Part shown: one piece after another, positions 1-6,226 of the stretch
Layout of the letters: every line of letters begins with the position of its first letter
How positions within the stretch are numbered: the stretch's first letter is position 1
Origin: Candidatus Iainarchaeum sp.
Lineage (GTDB): Archaea > Iainarchaeota > Iainarchaeia > JAGGVJ01
Reading direction: 5' to 3'
DNA length: 11,565 bases
Assembly: GCA_021158055.1 (NCBI GenBank)
Contig: JAGGVJ010000032.1
Coordinates: 1 to 11,565 of the forward strand
Notes under the pieces: model-generated
What the model saw: only the letters and a program-made list of their open reading frames with translations
Told to the model about the DNA's origin: nothing
Database searches by the model: none
Program-made: the position numbers and the translations under genes

Positions 1-110
1 GATAGGCACATAAAATTACTTTGATAGGCACATAAAATTACTTTGATAGGCACATAAAATTACTTTGATAGGCACATAAAATTACTTTGATAGGCACATA
101 AAATTACTTT
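1..110. repeat. Perfect tandem direct repeat, 5 x 22 bp (GATAGGCACATAAAATTACTTT); possibly truncated by the window start
   Basis: Identical units at 1-22, 23-44, 45-66, 67-88 and 89-110 with no spacers; the repeat decays at 111 (GGTAG...). Confidence 0.98.
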
Positions 111-352
111 GGTAGTTAACGCGATTTTTCAGTAATGTAATCCGGATTTCAATCATTAACTTTTTAGTCCAGAGTTTATTTATTATTTTATAAACACTAT
201 TGTTTCATAGGCATATATTTAAAGTGTTTTTTAGTAATTAAATATGTTTTGAATAGGTTGTGTGCTAAACATGTTTGCGGGTGGCTGTGAAAATTTTCAT
301 GCGGCTTCAAAGCATGGTGTGGCATTTTTTTGGTGTTTGAGTGGTGAAATAA

Positions 353-889
353 ATGGAATTTGGCGTGAAGAAAGTTGCATTTGCTCTTTTTTCTTTTTTG
401 GTTTTGATGGCTGTTTGCCTTTTGCTCGGGTTGTTTGTTGAACAGTTTTCTTTTATGAAAATGGATAACCCGACCTTTGCGCTCATAACTGTTCCGGCTT
501 TTTTTCTTGGGTTTTTGCTGCCGGAAGCCCTGTTAAAGTATTTCGGAGAAGAGCCGTTTGGTTTTGCGTTGTCTGTTCCGGTGATATTTGTTTTCCTTAC
601 GGTTGCGGGGTTTGTTGTTTCGGTTTCAATTTTTCTCCCCGCGCTTTACGGCAGTTCCAATTTGGATTTTGCAGTGAATGTGTTTTCGCCAAAAGAAATG
701 TCTTTTGACACGCAGTATCTTGAAGACGGGACCGCTAAAACAATTTTGATATACAATCCTTGTTTGATGCTTGTTAATTCTGCAGTAATTTTTGTTGCAA
801 TATTCGGGTTTTTTGGCATATTAACTGCGAACATATTTGACTGGTACAGAAAAGAACACTGTAAAGAACAGAAGAGCAAGGGTAATTGA
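353..889 (+). CDS. Hypothetical membrane protein, 178 aa, about 4 TM helices
   Basis: Four long hydrophobic segments and a charged C-terminal tail; GGTGA Shine-Dalgarno-like motif at 343-347; ends 22 bp before the next gene. Confidence 0.8.
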   Translation: MEFGVKKVAFALFSFLVLMAVCLLLGLFVEQFSFMKMDNPTFALITVPAFFLGFLLPEALLKYFGEEPFGFALSVPVIFVFLTVAGFVVSVSIFLPALYGSSNLDFAVNVFSPKEMSFDTQYLEDGTAKTILIYNPCLMLVNSAVIFVAIFGFFGILTANIFDWYRKEHCKEQKSKGN

Positions 890-911
890 CTGGAATTGAA
901 GGATTGAAAAA

Positions 912-3689
912 ATGATTGCTGAAGTTGAACGCGGGCTTGACGCGAAAAAAATGGAAAAGCAGATTATTAGCCATTGGAAGGAAAACGATTGCGCTTTCCA
1001 GGCAAAAACAGCACCCCACAAAAAGAAACAGTTAGTCTTTTTTGACGCGCCTTTAACCACTGCAAAATCAAAGAGGTCAAGTGAACTGCGAAAGGAGATT
1101 TTACGCGACACACTTGCAAGGTTTTGGTCAATGAATTGTTTTTCACCGGAGCCGCTTTCGGTTTTTCTTCCTCCTCTTTCGGTTACTTTTGGTTCGCATG
1201 CTTTGATTGAAGAAGAAAAAAAGCAAATGGAACAAGTTGGAATCTGGACCTGCCCTGATTCTGTTTATACGATTTCCTCCAAAAAGTTTATGAATGTCGC
1301 GTGGAGCACAGTAAAGCAGCTGTATGAAAAAAATCTGCTTTATCCTGGAAAGATAATTTCGCAGGTTTGCCCTTCATGCAATGAGGTTTCAAGGCAAAGG
1401 GAGAACGAGCAGTCCAAAACAACAGGGGTAATCGTAAAACTTGGTTTTTCTGACGGCAACGGGAGTTTGGCGGTGTTTGCCGCAAACCCGAAAGATTTTC
1501 TTGACGCTTGCGGTGTTTCGGTTTCATCCAGGTCCCGGTATGTCCGGTTTGAATTTGCAGGCGAACAGATAACGGCAGAGGAGTCTGTTGCAGAATTTAT
1601 TTCAAAAAAGACACTGAAACCCCTGAAGAAACAAGAGGTTCTTTCAAAAGAAATTGCGGGCCGCGAAGTCAACAATTTGGTTGCGGGAAATTCTTTCGGG
1701 GTTGATGTTTTGGGCGGGTTCAAGGTAGTTGTTCAAAACCCGAGGGACGCATTGCAGCTAAACCAGGGGCTGAAACTTGTTGTACCGACTGCAAGTCAGA
1801 AAGATTACTTAATTGCCCTTGAGAACAACCTGAAAATTGTTCAAAATGTCAGCAAGTTGGAGTCAGCCGACAAAAAAAGACCTGCAGGCAAAAAAATTGA
1901 TTTGGACAGCAAAGTTTTAAGCAGCCTTGACAAAAAACAGCTTTTGGTGGAAAAGGTGCCTTCAGTGGTGTTTTCACAGGACTGTTTGTTTTGCGGTTCA
2001 GAAACAAAAGCGTTGCTTGGCAGCCACTGGATGTTAAGGGCAGTGGATTTCAATTTTGAGCTTATAAAGTCGCTTGATTCAGTTGAATTTGAACCGGATG
2101 AAAGCAGGCAAAAAGTAAAAAAGAATCTGATGTCAACTGATTTTCCGATTTCCCGCGTCGGCGGTTCCGGAATCCCTCTTCCTTTTTGGGTGTGCGACAG
2201 GTGCGGTAAACTGGAGATAGTCGGAAGCGTTTCAGAGCTTTATGAAAAAAGCAACAAAAACAACCGTTTTTCAGATGACTTTGATTCAGTGACAGATTCG
2301 TTTTGCGGGCTTGTAAGGGAAACAACTTGGAGTTGCGGCAGTTGCAGCAACGGCAAGATGAAGTGGGTTGATCAAATATTCTCAAGGTCTTTTGAACTGG
2401 CAGTGACGCCGTTTTTGCCTGGCCGAAAAGACAGTGAGTTCCAACCCGCTGATTTTGTGCTTGCAAACAGGATTGACAAGATGCATTTGCTGCTTTTGTT
2501 GCCGTTTGCGTTGCACCGGAAACCGTTTTTTTCAAGGATTTACTGCACAAATTACCCTGATTCAGAAAATCAAAGCCAGTTGCCTGCAAGCGGAAAAAGT
2601 GCAGATGCCTTGAGGATAGCAAGCCTTTCAGACAAATCACTTGCACTTGACATCAGTCTTCTTGACGAGCCGGAGGAGTTTATCAGTTCTCTTTTAAAGC
2701 TTCACAGCAATATGGTTTACTTTTTTTCGTTTGAGTTCCAACCGGAAGTTTACGTTGTCGAGCATTCAGAGCCAGAGGATTTGTGGCTTGACTCAAGGCT
2801 GAATTCACTGAGCAGAGACGTGGCTGATGCTTACGAAAAACTTGATTTCAAGCGTGTGTTTTTTGAAATAAGAAATTTTGTCGAAAAAGACCTGCTGGAA
2901 TTTTTTGTCCCGCTGTCAAGGAAGAAACTCTTGATTCGCGATTCAAAGCACCCGGAAAAACAGGCTGCTTTCAGGAGCATTTACGACGCGCTTGTTCAAG
3001 TCGCCTTTCTTTTGGCGCCGATGGCACCGTTTGTTTCAGAAAAAATTCACCTTGACTTGGTGTACCCATCAGACAATGCAAGCACTCCCACAATTCACGC
3101 CAAGAGATGGCCCGGGTTTGCGCAAATGAAAATAAATTCTGAAAAAGAAGAGCGAATGGGCCTGGTAAAGGAAATTGTTTCAGTTGCGGGGGTCGAAACA
3201 GGCAGGGGTGAAAAAGATCTGTTTGTGCCTTTCGAGTCGGCAGTGATTTTTTCAGACGTGCAGAAAGTAGAGAAAGCGGTGACTGAAAACAAGCACATTC
3301 TTGAATTTTTCCTTAATGCGAAGGATATTGAGGTGAAGCCCCTTGCAGGTTCAGTTACCAAGGAATCAGTTGACTTTTCAAAGGGAAAAATTAAGCTTGT
3401 CCATTCAAAGACAAACGAATTTGAAGCAGAGGGAAAGGCAAACAAGCTCATAAAAGAAGTGGGTGTTTTGCGAAGCGAGCTTGGCATACTTCCAAAAGAA
3501 GAGATAATCCTTGAAGTTGCGGCTTCAAAAGAACTTGTTGCAGAACTTTCCGGTTTTGAGAAAAACATAAAGTTCATGTCGTTTGCAAAAAGCCTGATTT
3601 TTTCCGAAAAAATTCCGGCGCTTTCATCAATGTCAAAAAAAGTGGTTGTTTTCGGCCAGGAAGTCACGATTACAGTTGCAAAGAAATAA
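912..3689 (+). CDS. ileS-like: Isoleucyl-tRNA synthetase-like protein (class Ia, archaeal/eukaryote type), degenerate and probably catalytically inactive paralog, 925 aa
   Basis: IleRS landmarks occur in the right order: E..I...W N-terminus, FFDAP, D.LARF..M, GIW...Y.T, LYEKNLLY, CPSC, DFPISR...GIPLPFW.CDRC, CGSC, PADF, ADALR, DLWLDSRLNSL, LLAPMAPFVSEKI, IH...WP and EGKA..LI..V..LR. HIGH and KMSKS are absent. Confidence 0.9.
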   Translation: MIAEVERGLDAKKMEKQIISHWKENDCAFQAKTAPHKKKQLVFFDAPLTTAKSKRSSELRKEILRDTLARFWSMNCFSPEPLSVFLPPLSVTFGSHALIEEEKKQMEQVGIWTCPDSVYTISSKKFMNVAWSTVKQLYEKNLLYPGKIISQVCPSCNEVSRQRENEQSKTTGVIVKLGFSDGNGSLAVFAANPKDFLDACGVSVSSRSRYVRFEFAGEQITAEESVAEFISKKTLKPLKKQEVLSKEIAGREVNNLVAGNSFGVDVLGGFKVVVQNPRDALQLNQGLKLVVPTASQKDYLIALENNLKIVQNVSKLESADKKRPAGKKIDLDSKVLSSLDKKQLLVEKVPSVVFSQDCLFCGSETKALLGSHWMLRAVDFNFELIKSLDSVEFEPDESRQKVKKNLMSTDFPISRVGGSGIPLPFWVCDRCGKLEIVGSVSELYEKSNKNNRFSDDFDSVTDSFCGLVRETTWSCGSCSNGKMKWVDQIFSRSFELAVTPFLPGRKDSEFQPADFVLANRIDKMHLLLLLPFALHRKPFFSRIYCTNYPDSENQSQLPASGKSADALRIASLSDKSLALDISLLDEPEEFISSLLKLHSNMVYFFSFEFQPEVYVVEHSEPEDLWLDSRLNSLSRDVADAYEKLDFKRVFFEIRNFVEKDLLEFFVPLSRKKLLIRDSKHPEKQAAFRSIYDALVQVAFLLAPMAPFVSEKIHLDLVYPSDNASTPTIHAKRWPGFAQMKINSEKEERMGLVKEIVSVAGVETGRGEKDLFVPFESAVIFSDVQKVEKAVTENKHILEFFLNAKDIEVKPLAGSVTKESVDFSKGKIKLVHSKTNEFEAEGKANKLIKEVGVLRSELGILPKEEIILEVAASKELVAELSGFEKNIKFMSFAKSLIFSEKIPALSSMSKKVVVFGQEVTITVAKK

Positions 3690-3767
3690 TTTTTTGTTTG
3701 ACAAAAGCAGTAATTCTTATGCTCTCTTGCAGTTTATGTTAAAATTTTGCAATTTTTAGTGGATAAA

Positions 3768-5036
3768 ATGAAAGTTTTTGTTAAAACATTCGGATGCGCC
3801 ATGAACAAGGCTGATTCAGATTTGCTCAGGACATATATTTCTGCAGAACACGAAGTGGTTTCAGATGAATGCAAAGCAGATGCGGTTGTAATCAACACTT
3901 GCGCGGTCAAGACCCAGACTGAAAACGCGATGATCCGGCAGATAAAAGTGCTTTCGTCTTCAGGCAAACCTTTTGTTGTCGCGGGGTGTCTCCCGAAAAT
4001 CAACATGCCTCGCATAAGAGATGTTTGTCCGCATGCAGCGTGTGTTGACACAAAATCGATGGAAAAGATAAACCGCGCACTGGACAGTGCAGTGAACAGG
4101 TCGCCTGCTTTTTTTTCAGGTGAAAAAAGAACGCAGATGATTCCGACAGACAACAAGGCAAGGGAAAGCAAGGTAATTGCAGTGATTTCGATTGCCGAAG
4201 GCTGCCTGTCTGCGTGCAGTTATTGTGGGACAAGGCTTGCAAGGGGAAAACTCCAGAGTTTTTCGCAAGCACATATCGAACGTGAATTTGACAACGCGCT
4301 GAAAAATGGTTTCAAAGAGTTTTGGCTTACGGCACAAGATACTTCCGCGTTCGGCGCGGACTGCGGTACTTCACTTGATGCTCTTCTTTCAGGCCTTCTT
4401 TCAAGACAAGGGGAGTTTCGCATACGCATTGGGATGATGAACCCAAAGCATCTTTTTCCGATTCTTGATGGCGTTGTTGAAGCCCTGAAAAACGACAACA
4501 TGTATAAATTTTTGCATTTGCCTGTGCAGTCCGGAAGCGATTCGGTTTTAAAAGACATGAACAGAGGTTATTCAAGAGACGAATATTTTGGTCTTGTTAA
4601 AGAGCTGAGATCAAAAATTAAAGATCTGACCTTAAGCACGGATATAATTGTGGGTTTTCCAAACGAAACCGGGTCTGATTTTGAGGACACACTGGATCTT
4701 TTAAATCAGGTTAAACCGGACATAACAAACATTTCACGTTTCGGGGTGAGACCAAATACCACAGCAGCAGAAATGCCTCAGCTGCACGATCAGGTGAAAA
4801 AAGACAGGTCAAGGGTTGTTTCAAAGCTTTGCGCTGATTTGAGTTTTGAAAACAACAAAAAAATGGTCGGCAAAGTGCAGAGGTCACTTGTAAGCGGTCT
4901 TGGCAGGAAAGGGAATTTCGAGGCAAGAACCCAAAACTACAAGCCGGCGATCTTAACGGAAGCGGCTTTGGGTGAGTTTGTGGACCTGAAAGTAAAAAAA
5001 GCACACCGCACGTACCTTGACGCGGAATTGGTTTAA
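3768..5036 (+). CDS. mtaB: tRNA t6A37 methylthiotransferase, MiaB/MtaB family (archaeal e-MtaB/CDKAL1-like), radical SAM, 422 aa
   Basis: UPF0004 domain cysteines (TFGCAMN, INTC, VAGC), radical SAM CxxxCxxC (CLSACSYC), FLHLPVQSGS, TDIIVGFPNET and a C-terminal TRAM-like domain. The start is moved from TTG 3747 to ATG 3768 (MKVFVKTFGC), which matches the family N-terminus. Confidence 0.9.
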   Translation: MKVFVKTFGCAMNKADSDLLRTYISAEHEVVSDECKADAVVINTCAVKTQTENAMIRQIKVLSSSGKPFVVAGCLPKINMPRIRDVCPHAACVDTKSMEKINRALDSAVNRSPAFFSGEKRTQMIPTDNKARESKVIAVISIAEGCLSACSYCGTRLARGKLQSFSQAHIEREFDNALKNGFKEFWLTAQDTSAFGADCGTSLDALLSGLLSRQGEFRIRIGMMNPKHLFPILDGVVEALKNDNMYKFLHLPVQSGSDSVLKDMNRGYSRDEYFGLVKELRSKIKDLTLSTDIIVGFPNETGSDFEDTLDLLNQVKPDITNISRFGVRPNTTAAEMPQLHDQVKKDRSRVVSKLCADLSFENNKKMVGKVQRSLVSGLGRKGNFEARTQNYKPAILTEAALGEFVDLKVKKAHRTYLDAELV

Positions 5037-5044
5037 GTTGTTTT

Positions 5045-5079
5045 CCTGCAAAACCGGTTTTGTTTTGCAGGGGGTTTTT
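5045..5079 (+). terminator. Hairpin plus T-tract, putative terminator after mtaB
   Basis: CCTGCAAAAC (5045-5054) pairs with GTTTTGCAGG (5062-5071) around a 7-nt loop and is followed by GGGTTTTT; it starts 8 bp after the stop codon. Confidence 0.6.
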
Positions 5080-5104
5080 CTCAGTTGGCGCTTGAACAAT
5101 CAAA

Positions 5105-5113
5105 TTATTTAAA
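5105..5113 (+). promoter_or_regulatory. Putative archaeal TATA box for the 5144 gene
   Basis: TTATTTAAA about 30 bp upstream of the TTG start; AAGGGG RBS-like motif at 5133-5138. Confidence 0.4.
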
Positions 5114-5143
5114 CAGGTGTGTATACAATAATAAGGGGTTTTT

Positions 5144-5896
5144 TTGAAACTTGTCAGGCTTGCATTTGATTCATATAAGAAAAACGCAAAGATAGTCGGA
5201 TTGTTTGCGCTGTTGCTTCTTTTTGCGGCGCCAATGGCAGCTCTTGCTTCGTCTTATTTTTCTTCGGGCGGTCAGTTTATCAGGTTTTCAAACATCGGGT
5301 TTGAGTTGAGTCTTATTGACCTTGCAGGAACCATGGGTTTTTTCCTTTTGTCAACCCTTGTTTTTTCAATCGCCCTGACTTTGCTTATAGCAGTTGTAAA
5401 GTCACAGTTTGCAGTTACTCAAATCAGTTCCGCGATAATTGAGGAGATTGATTCAAATTATCCTCAGGTGTTTTTGTTTTTCGTGGCATTTTCAGTGTTT
5501 TCTCTTTTGATCGGCTCGATTTTCACAAAAGCGGAAATCCCGTATTACATTTCTTCCATAGTTACGTTCCTTGTCTGGATGCCTTTTGTTTTCACGCCGC
5601 AGGCAATCATAGTGGGTGACATGAACATAGTTGCGGCCATGGCTGACAGCGCAAAGTTTGTAAAAAGAAAAGCAGATCTTGCATTGCTTTGGCTTGCTGT
5701 GGGGTTTGTTCTGGTGGGACTGGTGGCAGTGTTTGAGGCATTGCTTTACAGTGCAGTGTTTTTCATGCCGGTTGTTTCGCTTGTTGTAGTGACTGTTTTT
5801 GTGTTGCCGTTTCTTGAAGTGCTCAAGACCGAGATTTACCTGTCAAAATACGACATAATGCGGGCATCGATTGAACGCGGAATGAACCCGGAATAA
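5144..5896 (+). CDS. Hypothetical integral membrane protein, 250 aa, about 6 TM helices
   Basis: Multiple hydrophobic segments, TTG start with an RBS-like AAGGGG, and a T-tract after the stop. The pattern F.PQAIIV......AM..S..FV resembles common archaeal multi-TM hypothetical proteins. Confidence 0.8.
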   Translation: MKLVRLAFDSYKKNAKIVGLFALLLLFAAPMAALASSYFSSGGQFIRFSNIGFELSLIDLAGTMGFFLLSTLVFSIALTLLIAVVKSQFAVTQISSAIIEEIDSNYPQVFLFFVAFSVFSLLIGSIFTKAEIPYYISSIVTFLVWMPFVFTPQAIIVGDMNIVAAMADSAKFVKRKADLALLWLAVGFVLVGLVAVFEALLYSAVFFMPVVSLVVVTVFVLPFLEVLKTEIYLSKYDIMRASIERGMNPE

Positions 5897-5954
5897 GTTT
5901 TTTGCTGTTATGGGCTTTTTTGAGGAATAACAACATAGTAGGTTACTTAAGGTA

Positions 5955-6212
5955 TCATGAGGCGTCAAGAGCATCGTTTAATTCTTGTTTTGTCGGAACT
6001 GTTGAGACAAAAATCGCCTTGTCACCTATTATGATTGAAGGCGTGCTTGCCACTTGGTACTGTAGCCCGCGAAACATGTTTTCTGTCAGGTCAAGTTCTT
6101 CAAGTTCGGTGTCTTCCCGTTCGTCTGCAACTTCTTTTGCCACGCGTTTTGCTGCCGGGCAGTTTGGGCAGTTTTTTATCGTGAAGACAATCATTTTTTT
6201 CTTTTCAGTCAT
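5955..6212 (-). CDS. Thioredoxin/glutaredoxin-like (NrdH-like) redoxin, 85 aa
   Basis: CPNC active site after a beta-strand and a cis-Pro motif (YQVASTPSIII); starts 14 bp downstream of the nrdD stop on the same strand with a G-rich RBS. Confidence 0.9.
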   Translation of the reverse strand: MTEKKKMIVFTIKNCPNCPAAKRVAKEVADEREDTELEELDLTENMFRGLQYQVASTPSIIIGDKAIFVSTVPTKQELNDALDAS

Positions 6213-6226
6213 TTAAACCCCCCATG

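Noticed and set aside
1-110. CRISPR array
   Set aside because: Units abut directly with no unique spacers, and there are no cas genes in the window.
267-299. Palindromes AAACATGTTT (267-276) and TGAAAATTTTCA (288-299)
   Set aside because: Short, AT-rich and unrelated to each other; compatible with chance.
912-3689. Calling the gene a functional ileS or a pseudogene
   Set aside because: The catalytic motifs are absent, so it is not a normal ileS. The frame is intact and structural motifs are selectively retained, so it does not look like a decaying pseudogene.
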